Shown: piece by piece, positions 1 to 12,300 of the stretch
How the letters are laid out: the number at the start of each line of letters is the position of its first letter
How positions within the stretch are numbered: position 1 is the first letter of the stretch
Source of the DNA: Nematocida ausubeli
Taxonomy: Eukaryota
Reading direction: 5' to 3'
Assembly: GCF_000738915.1 (NCBI RefSeq)
Contig: NW_026515638.1
Span: forward strand, 518,882 to 582,881
Length of the DNA: 64,000 nt
Made by a program: the position numbers and the translations under genes
The notes under the pieces: model-generated
The model's input: only the letters and a program-made list of their open reading frames with translations
The model's database searches: none
Told to the model about the DNA's origin: nothing

Positions 1-73
1 TATGTTATGAAAGACGCATGTAGATAAAAGAATAAGCAGCTCTAACAAATGGCATCCAGTGCACTCCAGTTAA

Positions 74-508
74 TTAATAATAGTTTGAGTTTCTTGTCTG
101 TCCCTCGCGAAGGCGCTTTATTCCCTCTATGCCATCCATATCCTCAATAACCCAACTTCTTAGATCTTTCCACTTCTGTGGCTTTACTGTTAGCCGCACC
201 CACCACTGGCTGATTTCTCCTTTTGCCTCCTGTGCAAAGATATCAATCCTTTCTGAGTCTATCTCAGTTCTTGCTTCAATCTTAGATAGGAATGCAATGA
301 TATGTGGCTTTCTGTCATATTGTCCAGAGTATGGAGCTGCACTCACCCAAGTCTCTTCTAGCTCTGTTATCTTTGCCTCCTCGTCTGAAATATCATCATT
401 TTTGGGGGCCTCTGTAGCTTTTAGAGCCTTTTTTCCTACTGTGAACTTCTTAATAGCAGTCTTTATTTTTTTCCGCATACTATGTGTGCTTTTCTTTGTT
501 TCAGTCAT
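74..508 (-). mobile_element. Truncated retrotransposon Gag-like ORF (144 aa), probably a relic
   Basis: Basic/acidic N-terminus, then YSG...IIAFLSKIE...KGEISQWW...KWKDL...IKRLREGQ. This resembles the Ty3/Gypsy Gag capsid pattern (GxAxxWW, WxxL, LxQ). The ORF stops early and lies next to other TE-like debris. Confidence 0.5.
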
Positions 509-1084
509 ATCTTATTTTTAATTTCTTATTTTTAATCTCTAAGAAAATCCATATCAAACTTTACTGCGCTCTATGTTTATATGTAATTAAAGGAAAATTT
601 CTCGAAAATTAAATAATAATAATTTTAATGATTTCATTGTGTGATGTTTCTATGTATGCATAGTACTTCATCTACATAGCTTTCTTCTTAAATCAATCAC
701 AATTACACATTCAACTGCAGCATATGAAGTATATGTGTTTTTCTGTGCTTCCACAGATTTTTAAGTTTTATAAATAGGGTATTTTCCCGTGTTCTTCATG
801 TGTTGCATATGCTGATACAATTCTCACTATTCTATTCTCTATTTTTTAATTTTCTATTCTTACTACTTTATTATTGTAGTAAAAATATAAAGCAGTGAAT
901 AAAATGCATGCATACGCCTACATAAAAAATATCTAAGTGAGCATATATTTGAGTTGCAATATTTATTTGCATTATAGAATGTAATTTATTTTGGGTGTGG
1001 TATTTCTGTCATTTGCGAAGATACAAAATACAAGAACACTCAAGAATGCATACAGCATATATAGCAGTAAATAATACTTTGAAG

Positions 1085-1580
1085 AGATCAGTTCTTCGCA
1101 CACCAAAATGGTGTTCCTATTAGGCCACTATATTCTGGCTAAGGGCCTTCTATTTCCTAGCACGTTATACATAAGTATCTGCTAACTATTATTAAGAATT
1201 CATATGTTGCTTGAAATCATTGCTAAATTCTCCATATCTATTTTTTCTTATTGGAGTGCGATAAGGGAGAAAGCGTCATAGCCTAGAAGTAATAACCCAA
1301 TAAGGATAACATCTTGTTTAAAGAAGAAATTTTATTCATATCTTGCGTCTATCGCTGGGATTGTTGTTTCTGACTTTGCAGAATCGTATATTTCTTTATA
1401 GTCAGAGTCTGATTTCGAGATGGTGAAGATTTTGCCATCGCTATCTTTTTGCTTTAGGACCCCCTGTTGATATAACCAAAATTTCCGAAGGAATGGTAAT
1501 TTTGACACACTTATCTACTTCAATAATCAAGATTTTTTACTTGATGAGAATCCTTCCCTTTATTAAAACACCTAGACCAA
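1085..1580 (-). pseudogene. Decayed reverse transcriptase C-terminus / RT-RNase H linker of an LTR retrotransposon
   Basis: Manual minus-strand translation across stops and frameshifts gives, in order, LIIEVDKCVK..SEILVISTGV (RT KC..xLG..I), SLNKMLSLLGYY..LSPLSHSNKKK*IW (LxxFLGLxGYY..PL..KK..W) and WPN..TD (start of RNase H). Boundaries approximate. Confidence 0.4.
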
Positions 1581-2611
1581 GAAATTTCTTTTTCCTGCAT
1601 AAAACTTTCTGTTTTTTTCCATAATTTGGCACTGTGTATTAACTTTTTGGTTTTACTTCAAATATGTGTTTATATTTATTAAAATATTTGAACTTTTCAA
1701 CTCTCTTCATGCATTATAAGTAGTTCTACAAAATGGCCCTGTATGTTTAGTATATGCAGCATACTGGTAAGTAAAATTTGCAGCCCATAGCAATACTAGT
1801 GAAATGACATACTAAGTCTTATGATTATGTATAGAAATTCGATAATTGACAAGCCCTAGTGCTGTAATGTCTTTCGTATATATTTTTTCATACACATATC
1901 CCTGAAATCTATTCCATCTGGTCGCCTAGCCTCTATTATTTTCTTTTTATTTATAAACTCTTCTATTTCTATACGCCTATTTTTTTAAAAAATAAAGTAT
2001 ATAGAGCTTTTATACTACAACAATTATCGAATAGACATGTTTTAGCAATAAAAAGACGATAGCACAGGAAAATCAAAAAAGTAGCACAAACCAGAGAACC
2101 ATGAATAAGGAAGCACAATAAGAGAGAGAATTATTAGATAGTCTTAAAACCATGGAGAGATTTAATAAAGAACGAAATGAGTGGATGTAGGCAAGCAAAT
2201 ATGCATAGGCCAACATACAGATTATGTCTATTCAGACTTTATGATATTCAGAGACAAAGAGATATTTTTATTATAAGCAGCATACTAATTACAAAGTGCT
2301 TTATACTATTTTCAGTGTATATATATGAATACGCAAATACATCAAATTTGGATTGCAAGCGCATGCACGTATTGCTTCAACAGACCATAGTATATAGTTG
2401 CAAAATGTTTTATCTCTGAAATAGAAGTCTAATGGGGATAAAATATCGAGAGTAGTATCATTTTATGATATTTCTAACTATTAGTACTATTTCTGTGAGT
2501 TTTTCTAGACTAGAAAAAAAATTGCATGTGGTGTGGGATCCTGAATGATCCAAATGAAAAAACGGTTTATTAAAATTAAATTCTTTTTATACTTTAAAAG
2601 CCCTGCTTTTA

Positions 2612-5302
2612 ATGAAATACAAAACAGTTACGAGTTTATTAGCAAGTTTACAGTGTATTTTTGCACGAATGGACATAGAAGACGTAAGTAACATCAAAAA
2701 TATTCAGCTAGGAGATGAGCAGGATGTATTTATTAATCCAGAAGGACCATTAAATCTGATGCACGGATATGTGAACGCCCGAAATGGATATATGTATAAC
2801 AAGCGTTTTTATTCATCTGAAATAGAAACAGACTACAGCATGAGGAAGAATAAGGAAGCTTTCAGTAGCCCCGAAGGGTGGGTCTTCGAAAGAACACCGG
2901 TTAAAGACAAGGTATATAAAGACTTGTGTAAGAAGACCCCAGCAGGTAAATATCTTATCAGATATCACGCACAGCTCATAAAGATGTTTCCTTCTGTGGA
3001 TGGAAGTCTTTCCATTGAGGCAGGCAGGCCAAATGCACTTACAAACTTTCTGAGAGCAGAGCATGTCAAAAAAGATGCAAAGTACATTCTTGCTGCGCTG
3101 CTGCTTCTCTCAGAAGGAGTTGACATTGAAATAGATGTAGATAAAATGGGAGAAAAAAAGAGCCTTGTCATAAAAAGTAAGAAGTGCAAGGGAAGAGTAT
3201 TTGTGAATGTAGACATGCACTCTGCTTGGATTGATCCAGTTACTCAAAAGAAAAGTGATAGAATCTACCAGAGCGAAACAGAAAAAATAGTCGGCTTCTA
3301 TAAGCACTATAGAGACAGCAGACTGTTAAAAAAAGGAGGTGAATTTGCAATGCCTACCAGCAAGAGGGAATTTAACAAAGGAAATTTTCTGAATAATGCA
3401 GGCTTCCTTATACAGACATACATATATGAATTTATTGACAATTTCAAGAACTATAGGAGCTTTGTAGAGGCAGTGTATGAACTGTTTATTGACCAAATGA
3501 CTGACCATGCTTGCCAAGATTCCTTTAAGGAGAAAAAGGATGTGTTTGATAGGCTTTTCCTAGTAAAAGATGCCCTTCATGCACAGATGGAGTACATTTC
3601 GTCTTTCTGTGATCTTGCAAGGACCACGCATGAAGATGCATCATTTCCCTTCTATAACCCTAGCCAGTTGCCGCAGTACACTAGAGTACCACAGTATAAA
3701 CTAGACAAGTCGGGCTTTGAGAAGGACCAATTCTTATACTACAGTAACTGTGTAGAGTCTGCCCTTCTTGGAATTTTCTGCTGTCTGGCATATAATCCAG
3801 AGACAGGAAGGTATGAGACAGACCACATGGGAACGGAAGTAAGTGATGAGTTGAGAGACTTCTTCAAAAAGTATCCCAAGCCAACAGAAACAACAGACTT
3901 TGAAATGCACAAGGAGTGGTGTAAGGTTGTTGCTTGCTTAAAGAATGAAAGCATCAGCTACAAGCACCCAAAAAATGAGATTCTCTCTGGGCTTTCAAAT
4001 GTCTTTCGGGTTATTGCAGAAATAACAGGCCAGAAGACAGACGCGCTGGAGCTAGTTAAGTATATAGAAGATGCATGCAAAATAAGAAGCCTTAAAAAAG
4101 ACGATAAAGACTATATTGAGTCTAAAATAGAATCAATTTTTATATCACTTTCACAGAATAAGTCTATCATGGTGAAGTGCCGGTATATGGTGCTTGGGCG
4201 CAGGTCAGATGGAGAACAGGACATTTTTGCTGACATTGACGCTATGTACATGTATGATAATCGAGAGAATGGAATTACTTTGGGCTTAAAGCCCAAACAT
4301 GCTACTCTTGATGTTCTTCTATCCTCTCCAGTGTCTGTGCGTATTGAAGAAAAATATGAAGATGTAAAGGAGCTATATAGAAGCATAGACAGCTATATGG
4401 GATATATCACCAGCCAGTACATTAGTAGAGAAATGAAAAATCTAAGGAAAGACAGCTTTGAGATGACAGAATCTCTTATGAAGAGTATAGATGTAATTCT
4501 AAACAGCGGATACAATAATGTATTTAAAATATTCCTACTCGAAAAGCTTGTTGGTGTTAAGTGCATGTCTTTTATTGCAATGCGGTGTGTAATCTACTCG
4601 ATTGATAAAGACCTGCCTCCAAATGACCCTATAGTGCGCTTTACTGCAAATGTTATAGGCAGTATTCCACTAAACGATCCTGCAACATGGCGAGAGATCA
4701 TGAAATATTTTTTATATCATTCAGAAAGACAGGCAAACTATCCAAAGCTTGAATATGAGGCGAGGCAGGAGCTGGAGGAGATAAAAATCACTGGTTCAGA
4801 ACTAGTTAAGATTCATTTATATATTCTAAATCAGGACTCAGACTCCCTCGCAGTTAAGTGCATAAATAACTATGTAAAGCTAGGTACGGATAATGCAAAC
4901 ATGTATTATTTATTATCAGTAGAGCCAATGTCTAGGAAATTATTTAATCTTATGGCAAGGGCGGGCACACCAAGAAGATTTGAACAGCTTCGATCTACAC
5001 TTGAGAAAACCAAAAACCAAAAGTATACAGACGATCTTGATTTTGTATATATCGTTTGGTTTATATATGCATGTGACGACTCAGAGAGTACACCAGAGAT
5101 TATTAAGATGGCTTATAACTTTATAAACTTTAGCTATTTATCTCAAGATGTTAGCTCCAAACTAAAGTCTTACCGTATATATTCAAGTACAGTTATGTCT
5201 GTTTTAAAAAAAGAAAAAACCAACTTGTGCACAGAGAACGACAGTGATAGCATGAAAAACTATCAGGAATTGGAAAAATATTTCAAATTACATCTGATAT
5301 AA
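2612..5302 (+). CDS. Secreted large-gene-family protein, NemLGF1-like (896 aa)
   Basis: N-terminal signal peptide (LLASLQCIFA/RM), then FINPEGPLNL..G...NKRFYS, ILAALLLLSEGVDI, FLIQTYIYEFI and NCVESALLGIFCCLAY, which I recall as Nematocida large gene family 1 motifs. CCC motif 9-11 bp upstream of the ATG. Confidence 0.75.
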   Translation: MKYKTVTSLLASLQCIFARMDIEDVSNIKNIQLGDEQDVFINPEGPLNLMHGYVNARNGYMYNKRFYSSEIETDYSMRKNKEAFSSPEGWVFERTPVKDKVYKDLCKKTPAGKYLIRYHAQLIKMFPSVDGSLSIEAGRPNALTNFLRAEHVKKDAKYILAALLLLSEGVDIEIDVDKMGEKKSLVIKSKKCKGRVFVNVDMHSAWIDPVTQKKSDRIYQSETEKIVGFYKHYRDSRLLKKGGEFAMPTSKREFNKGNFLNNAGFLIQTYIYEFIDNFKNYRSFVEAVYELFIDQMTDHACQDSFKEKKDVFDRLFLVKDALHAQMEYISSFCDLARTTHEDASFPFYNPSQLPQYTRVPQYKLDKSGFEKDQFLYYSNCVESALLGIFCCLAYNPETGRYETDHMGTEVSDELRDFFKKYPKPTETTDFEMHKEWCKVVACLKNESISYKHPKNEILSGLSNVFRVIAEITGQKTDALELVKYIEDACKIRSLKKDDKDYIESKIESIFISLSQNKSIMVKCRYMVLGRRSDGEQDIFADIDAMYMYDNRENGITLGLKPKHATLDVLLSSPVSVRIEEKYEDVKELYRSIDSYMGYITSQYISREMKNLRKDSFEMTESLMKSIDVILNSGYNNVFKIFLLEKLVGVKCMSFIAMRCVIYSIDKDLPPNDPIVRFTANVIGSIPLNDPATWREIMKYFLYHSERQANYPKLEYEARQELEEIKITGSELVKIHLYILNQDSDSLAVKCINNYVKLGTDNANMYYLLSVEPMSRKLFNLMARAGTPRRFEQLRSTLEKTKNQKYTDDLDFVYIVWFIYACDDSESTPEIIKMAYNFINFSYLSQDVSSKLKSYRIYSSTVMSVLKKEKTNLCTENDSDSMKNYQELEKYFKLHLI

Positions 5303-5914
5303 GCGAGTTCTTACGCATAAAATGATTCCCAATTTTTATGTGCACATCCATCTTTAATAAGAATAAAGCTAGCAATCAGCTTACATGCACTATTATCTCT
5401 ATTAGAACTTTAAAAGACCTTGCTTTTCACAGTTTACATATAAAGACTGCATATATTCTTCTATAGTATGTAATATATGGCCATAAATGAGTGGCTCTTA
5501 GTATATTTTACCACAATAAATTACATGTTAAAACATAGTGCTATGAAGCTATCCAAATAGAATGTAGCAGCTTTTTTATGTAAAATACAGAAAGTTCAAC
5601 TAAAAACAATGAAAAAAACAGCAGCAAGTAAACAGATCATTATTCTAATAATAGAACTTAGTATGCGAGCACATGATACTATATATAAATGGAATTGTAC
5701 TATATAGTATATAGTAAATAGATAATAAACCCACAGTTATTAGAAACATAGTTAAAGACGGTTATTCTAGTAGACTAACTATAACAGCAATGGCTTCAGA
5801 GTTGGATACAGTATCAAAGGCTATATGGACAGAGTAGCTGATATATGCTCAAAATAAGAAAAGACAGCATTATAATGCACTAGTAGCATTTTATAAGAAA
5901 ATACAGTTTATGTA

Positions 5915-6258
5915 TATTGTTAGTTTTTCTTGCCTCAAGAGCATTGAAACCTTTCTCTCCGGATCAACAATGTAGTTAGATGTTGGGTCATTGCCTCTCA
6001 GGCTTTTGATTGGAAGATAACACGCTACAAGGGGCTCTGCTTGTTTATACGTCAAATAATAGTAACCTATGTTTGTGTGATACTTGATGGCGCACTACAA
6101 TCTGTTGTGGTGACACCGTTTGTTGTGTAAACAAACATTAATCAATTTCCACTTTACAAGCTATATATAGACGATGAGAAATAAATTATATCCAAGCTTA
6201 GTATGACCAAGTCTAATATTTCGAAGAGGAAAACTCAGCTTTGATAAGTAAGCAATCT
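5915..6258 (-). mobile_element. Fossil integrase (rve/DDE) fragment, copy 1 of a dispersed repeat
   Basis: One minus frame reads RLLTYQS*VFLFEILDLVILSLDIIYFSSSIYSL*SG (cf. LLTDQGxxFxS...LGI...SSxYxPQSNG); downstream TSRAPCSVLSSNQKPERQ. Aligns by eye to 8953-9305 and, inverted, to 46203-46515. Confidence 0.65.
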
Positions 6259-6507
6259 TTAATAAAGTTATTTAAAAAATGTGTTTTAATACTTTTTGCG
6301 TGTGTGCCTGTATAAATGGGCTTTTTTTAATTATCTCCTAAGATGATACTAAAGAGCAGTAATCCAAATTATATTATAGCTAGTTTTGCCATCACGACTA
6401 TATTGTCAATTCTTTAGTGAGCTATATACATACCAGGAGTATTAAAATAAAAATACAAGTGATTTTCAACTATAACATATTAGTGCGAATAGTATGTATA
6501 AGCAGAA

Positions 6508-7719
6508 ATGAGCAAAGAGAAAAGGCAGAGAGTAAAGTACCTGCTTCTAGCTGTCACAGGTATAATCAAGCTTTATCTGAGAGCATCAGATGTATCTAAA
6601 TTGAGTGCAAATCAGTCTATCATATTAGAGTGTGCTGAGTGCACCATGGCGAATAGCATGGATACTTCTGTAGCAAAAAATCTAAAAGCTAGAGACAAGA
6701 ATATGCTCTGTGACGTTGCTGTGCCGCGTCCAGTGGACAGCGAATGCAGTGGCCATGCATATCAAAGGGTAAGTGTGTGCGCAGCATCAGATGGCTTTGC
6801 ACTGGAAATGCATAGATCCAAGAGAAATGTGGCCTGTGTCTGTGTGGCAGAAAAAAGAACAGAACTTAAAAATAAAGCACCGCATATAGAACTAGATAAG
6901 CAAGCTCTAGAAAAAGCAAAAGAGAACTATAGAAAAGGGCTGGCGCAGCTGCAGATAGCAAAGAGCAAAAAAGACTCTGCTGCTCAGCTATATCACGACC
7001 GCAAGAGAGAATCAAGGGATATGGCGTGGGTACTGAATGGCTACATAAAAACATGCCCTGGGAGGTGGAAAGAGGTAGACTCTGCGCTAAACACAACAGA
7101 CGAGTACTATACGCGAATTCTTACCCGATCAAACTCAGAGTATGAGATGCTGATGAAACCAGCTGAGCCGCTTCTCTTAGCGCTAGATGTGTTGGAAAGC
7201 GCGATGAAAGAGGGGCGCAGAGCATACAAAGAGCAGAAAAGCAGACTGAAAGAGGCTTGCAAAGCGAGAAAGTGCTATGCAGAATACCTTGCACTTCGAG
7301 TAGAGACGCAGAAGAAATATAGAGCTGTGATCGAAAAAGAAATAGCTTTTTTCAAGTCTCTGCACGCAAAGGAAAAGCTGCTGCACTCGCTGAGACAAGC
7401 CGAGCCAGATGATTTTGAGGAGCTGGGCACAGTAGTAAGAGCGCATTCTAAAACTGTAGAATATATAGACAAGGTGATCCGTATGAAAAACAAAGTGTGG
7501 GCTCTCCAGGGACGGCGTGTGCTTAAGACAGCAGAGATAAGAGATGCATACCTAGCTCACTGCGCAGCAGAAGAAGATTATAGAGAACAGTGGGCAGCTG
7601 CGTCCATGGCGCAGCACGCCTTGCACAGAGAAATAGAGGCGGCAGAGACACACGACAGAAGTACGCATGCTATGCAGCTAGAGTGGCTGGATGCCAGGCC
7701 ATCTGAGTCGTTTGTGTAG
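6508..7719 (+). CDS. Hypothetical protein with hydrophobic N-terminus and long coiled-coil region (403 aa)
   Basis: Long ORF with a YLLLAVTGIIKLYL hydrophobic stretch, a Cys-containing N-terminal third and a K/E/A/R-rich helical C-terminal two thirds. No family recognised. Confidence 0.6.
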   Translation: MSKEKRQRVKYLLLAVTGIIKLYLRASDVSKLSANQSIILECAECTMANSMDTSVAKNLKARDKNMLCDVAVPRPVDSECSGHAYQRVSVCAASDGFALEMHRSKRNVACVCVAEKRTELKNKAPHIELDKQALEKAKENYRKGLAQLQIAKSKKDSAAQLYHDRKRESRDMAWVLNGYIKTCPGRWKEVDSALNTTDEYYTRILTRSNSEYEMLMKPAEPLLLALDVLESAMKEGRRAYKEQKSRLKEACKARKCYAEYLALRVETQKKYRAVIEKEIAFFKSLHAKEKLLHSLRQAEPDDFEELGTVVRAHSKTVEYIDKVIRMKNKVWALQGRRVLKTAEIRDAYLAHCAAEEDYREQWAAASMAQHALHREIEAAETHDRSTHAMQLEWLDARPSESFV

Positions 7720-8149
7720 GCCCAGCCGTCTACACCGCAAACAGACAGCAGCCCGGAAACATTACTGCTGCAAGCCTACTATACACACTAATGTGATGGG
7801 TGCCCAGTATATGCAGTACACTGTCCATAAGATACTATTGGTGTGCACATAGAAAGAGCAATGATATGTACAATACAGCTGTATACAGGGTCCGGGAGAA
7901 ACAATACTGGTGTGTATTAAGGACCCAAAGCTGCTAGTGCGCAGAGACAGGTCTAGGTTTTGCATACGCAGGATGGGTCCTGTGTTCTGCGCAGAGCGTG
8001 CTAGGATCGTATAGCCCACTTTGTTGCTGTTTTCCTGTGTGAGATGCAGGGGCATCTGTATTCTTCTGTACTGAGACCATAGACCAATATATCCACAGTA
8101 CACTGCGAGTAGAAGAGAGTGTCTTCTTAGATGACAATAAATGTTCGCT

Positions 8150-8445
8150 TCGTTCTCTATTTGTCTGTAATGTGCTATTCTCTCTGTTTTCCTCTCATTT
8201 CTCTCTTTATGTCTGGCCAGTGGTGGTTCTCTGAAATGTGCTACTTTTCTTCTTTTCCTTGCCTCTGATCCTTTATTTCTCTTTTTATATCTATGTAAAA
8301 TAAATTGCTCCACTATAGGGAATATACACTTTATTTCCCCAATATTTAGAAGAGAATAAAAATACATGGAGGCATTAGGAAGAGAGAAAGAGGACAAAGT
8401 ATACAGATGCACAGAAATGAAAGAATAGACAGATAAATAGAGAGT
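8150..8445. repeat. Diverged inverted repeat (pyrimidine-rich left arm, purine-rich right arm) centred near 8317
   Basis: tgcctc 8260-8265 pairs with gaggca 8369-8374; aaataaa 8298-8304 with tttattt 8330-8336; central ctatag; outer ctctatttgtctgt (8155) with acagataaatagag (~8429). Confidence 0.55.
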
Positions 8446-8952
8446 ATGGATGTATTAATAGGTATATGCACTGATAGACCAATAGAAGGTCTATTAAGTG
8501 AATATAGAGACATAGTACAGTGTATAGCAAATATACTAGCCAGAAAGTGCAGTTAGACCATAAAGGAGCATCTGTCTGTGACTGAATGGTCTGTTGTATG
8601 TGAGTGCATCTACTGGCATTTGACCAGCAAGCATGTTCAGCTGGCAGAGCACAGGGAGAACACAGCCAGCCACAAACAGCCCAGAAAGAGCAGGCCACTC
8701 AGACACAAACAGGCAGAGGCTTTAGTGGCACATTGCTGGCTTGGAAAAGGGATTTGTGTCCTCAAGGCAGGAATAACAACAAGCAAACCCGTGAATATAT
8801 ACGTGTGTAAGACTAGTTAAATTTTATTGTACTTTGTTGCAGAAATGCGCTCAAGGTAGCTCGAATTCTCTTCTGTGGGATTTACTAAACAGATTACTGC
8901 AAAAATATTTGAAGGTTGCAGTGTTAAAATATGAACATGAAAGACAAAATAC

Positions 8953-9305
8953 ATGTGTTGGTTTTCCTTGCCTTGCGTACATGAAACTCTTTACCTGGGT
9001 TAGCAATGTAGAAAGTATAGGCTGGTTATTGCCTTCTGGGCTTTAGTTAAAGGCCAATACTATATAAGAACCTCTGCTTGTTTTATTTGGCTGCAATCAA
9101 GTGATTGAGTAGGTAATATATATTGCCACTTGCCATACGTATCTAATAAGATTCTACTTTCATGGCGTCACTTTGATAGACTTCTCTTTGAGGCCTATAA
9201 ATAGACGAAGAGAAATAAAATATATCCACATTTGTATGACCAAGTCTAATATTTCGAAAAGGAAATTTTAGCTTATATCTGTGATTTTGTTCTCGAAACA
9301 CCATT
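8953..9305 (-). mobile_element. Fossil integrase fragment, copy 2, in the RPA2 upstream region
   Basis: With frameshifts reads NGVSRT/ITDIS*NFLFEILDLVIQ/FYFSSSIYRPQ (cf. GVPxxIxTDxGxNF...SSxYxPQ). Shares an exact 25-mer gtatgaccaagtctaatatttcgaa (9234-9258) with copy 1 (6201-6225). Confidence 0.65.
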
Positions 9306-9380
9306 TGTTTATGTACTTTTTTTTACTTGGATGTATCACGCCTTCTATATTCTGCAACTGTTTTCATTTTTTTTATTATA

Positions 9381-12300
9381 ATGGAACAAAATGCAAAGCA
9401 TCTTGCTTATCCGCATATTGACTCGTATAATAGATTTGTTAACAGCACTTTGCCAAAACTAGCACAATCATTCGAGCCCGTATCCGTGACAGATAAGTTT
9501 AATAACGCAATTACCATTTCAGTAGAAGAAATTCGCGTAGAATCCCCTGCTGTGAAGGAAGGAACTGGAAAAAAAGCACTAAAAAGAAATGTTCTTCCAT
9601 CAGAGTGCAGACTGACATCACAAAGTTATCAATCTGAGGTATTTGCCAGCTTGCAGACGGTAGTGAATGGCGCAGTTAGCACACAAGAAGTCTCCCTTGG
9701 CATAATTCCTGTCATGGTTAGAAGTGAGCTATGTTATCTCAGCGAAATGAAGGATGCGCAGATGATCAAAGCGAAGGAGGAACCAAACGACTTTGGAGGA
9801 TACTTTATCTACAAAGGAACAGAGAAAATATGCAGGCTTATTCAAATACAGAAGAAGTACGTGCCATTTGGGATATACAGGCCAGGCATGTCCAAAAAGA
9901 GTAAAAACATGTCAGAGCACGCTGTCTCGTACAAGTCAGCACGGCCAAGCGGACAGACATCTATGTTCGTGCTGCACTACTTTACAGATCACTCAATTAA
10001 AATTCGGGTTAAGATGGGAAAAAAGGAGTACTACATACCATTGCACTTGGTTTTAAGAGGTCTTTCTGGGAAGACTGATCAGGAGATAAGGGAGTCCTTT
10101 AAGGGAGTGCTGAAAGACGATGATTTGATGGAGTATGTAGACCTGCTTTTGCAGAGTTTTTCTTTCCATGCGGAGTATACACAGAAGGAGGCGCTCACAT
10201 ACTTGGGCAGCAAGTTTAGGCTGTATTACCACGTATCCCCAGTGGAGCTAGCCTCAGTCGGGTCAAGACTAAAGAAGCAAAAAAAGGCCTCTATGTTTGC
10301 TTCAGCTACAGCTGAAGAGCCAATAGAGGAGTTGGAGAAATCGATATATGAATATACCACAATGCTATCCGATATGGAGTGCGGAATGAACTTTATTAAT
10401 AACACAGTTGCTGTTCATACTGCCTCAGCAACAGAGAAGTACGATCTTCTTGTTCTTTGTATAGCAAAGCTGTTTCAGCAGGTATCTGGAAAAATTCCTG
10501 CAGACAATGGAGATGCACTGTCGTTCCACGAAGCCATTACTGTTGGAGATACACTGACAGAAATAGCAGTTGATAAAATGCAGATGATACGAAAGACTTT
10601 CATAAACGAGCTAGTTGCATCCATACACTATCTCTCCATCTCTGTAACAGACATAACAGCTCTCTCTAGAGTTATTAAGAAAGCGGTTTCCCCGTTTACT
10701 TCGAGCATGCACAGGCTGCTTGCATCTGGCGTGCTGTCGTTTAACAACCTTGGGTCATATGCAATGATGCAGCAGGCTGGATTCACAATTACTGCAGAGA
10801 GACTGAACTTCCTGCGGTTCTTTAGTCACTTGAGAAGTCTGCACAGAGGGGCATTCTTTGAGGCCATGCGAACAAGTACGGTGCGTAAGCTTCTTCCCGA
10901 ATCATGGGGGTTTCTATGCCCGGTGCACACGCCAGACGGTTCTCCGTGTGGGCTTCTGACGCATTTATCGCATGCATGTGCCATCTCTCATCAGACATAT
11001 GGTCTTTCCACCGCTGAGCTAATTAGATCGGGAATGAATCATCTGATGAGCAATCTAAGCGGAATACCTATTATTCAAAACGGAAGGGTTATGGGCACAA
11101 TCTCAGAAAAAAGCATTGAATCCTTCATTGAGTCACTTAGAAGAAAGAAAATATTGGGAGGAAAGTTCAAATATGCAGAAATCATATATAACACCCAGAC
11201 GCTCAACATTATTAACACGCCAAACCGATTTGTGCGGCCGCTTATGAACATAAAGGAGAATGCAGTTGAGTATATCGGGTCAAGTGAGCAGCTGCACATT
11301 CAAATAGAAGGTCTAAGCAGTGGAAAGAAGGAAACTGCAGAGAAAATACAGAAGATTGCAGAGATGTGTAGAAACCAGGATGTAGTGCGAGTAGAGCCAA
11401 CACACAGAGAAATAGCAGCAACAAACATACTCAGTGTAGTTGCAGGAAGCACGCCCTTGGGGAACTTTAATCCAAGTCCTCGTAACATGTACCAGTGCCA
11501 AATGGCAAAACAGTCAATGGGAACAGCGCCACACACTCAGAAGCACCGAACAGACCAGAAAATATACTGCCTGGACTACGTGCAGACACCCACAATGCAC
11601 ACGAATCTATATGCGAAGTACGGGCTTGGGGATTACCCAAATGGAAAAAACATCACAATTGCAATTTTATCATACACAGGATATGACCTTGAGGATGCGG
11701 TTATTCTGAACAAAGCCAGTGTGGACCGAGGATTTATGCGGGGAGCAGTTATAAAAACTGAAGCTATCAACTTTTCAGACATGCCAGATATGGAGATAGG
11801 CACACTTAACGACAAAGAAGGCCTTCCAGATGTAGGTAAGCTAATCAAGGACAAAGAGACAATATATACCACCGTAAACACAAAGTTCTTGGAGGAAAAG
11901 GCCCATAAGAGTCATGCGCTAGAGAACATGCGGGTGCAGAATGTGTCGATCTACCAAAGCTCAAATGGAAAGAGAGCTGCCAATATAACGATGAGAATAC
12001 CAAGAGTGCCCACCATTGGGGACAAGTTCAGTAGTAGGCACGGGCAGAAGGGAGTCTGCTCTATTCTGTACGAAGACGAGGATATGCCATTCAATGAGTC
12101 TGGAATCACTCCAGATCTAATCATTAACCCGCACGCCTTTCCAAGTCGTATGTCAATTGGTATGTTTATTGAGAACATTGCTGCAAAGACCGGTGCAATG
12201 CTTGGAACCCCCATGGACGGAACTATGTTCAAATATGGGGAGGAGGGCCGGCCAGATAGCAAAAGCAGCATTGGCAGTGTGCCTGGGCCTGAGTCGGATG

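Noticed and set aside
1440..1530. Merlin/IS1595 or Harbinger transposase reading (IIEVD.., SDGKIF)
   Set aside because: Isolated short matches. The ordered RT, linker and RNase H motifs fit the region better.
6161..6241. Conserved block read as a duplicated snoRNA or as an LTR pair with 9195-9274
   Set aside because: No conserved C/D or H/ACA boxes and no TG...CA ends. A third inverted copy and integrase-like translation explain it better.
7762..8412. 216-aa minus-strand ORF and neighbouring short ORFs to 9046
   Set aside because: Non-ATG start, runs through the low-complexity palindrome, and the composition is not protein-like.
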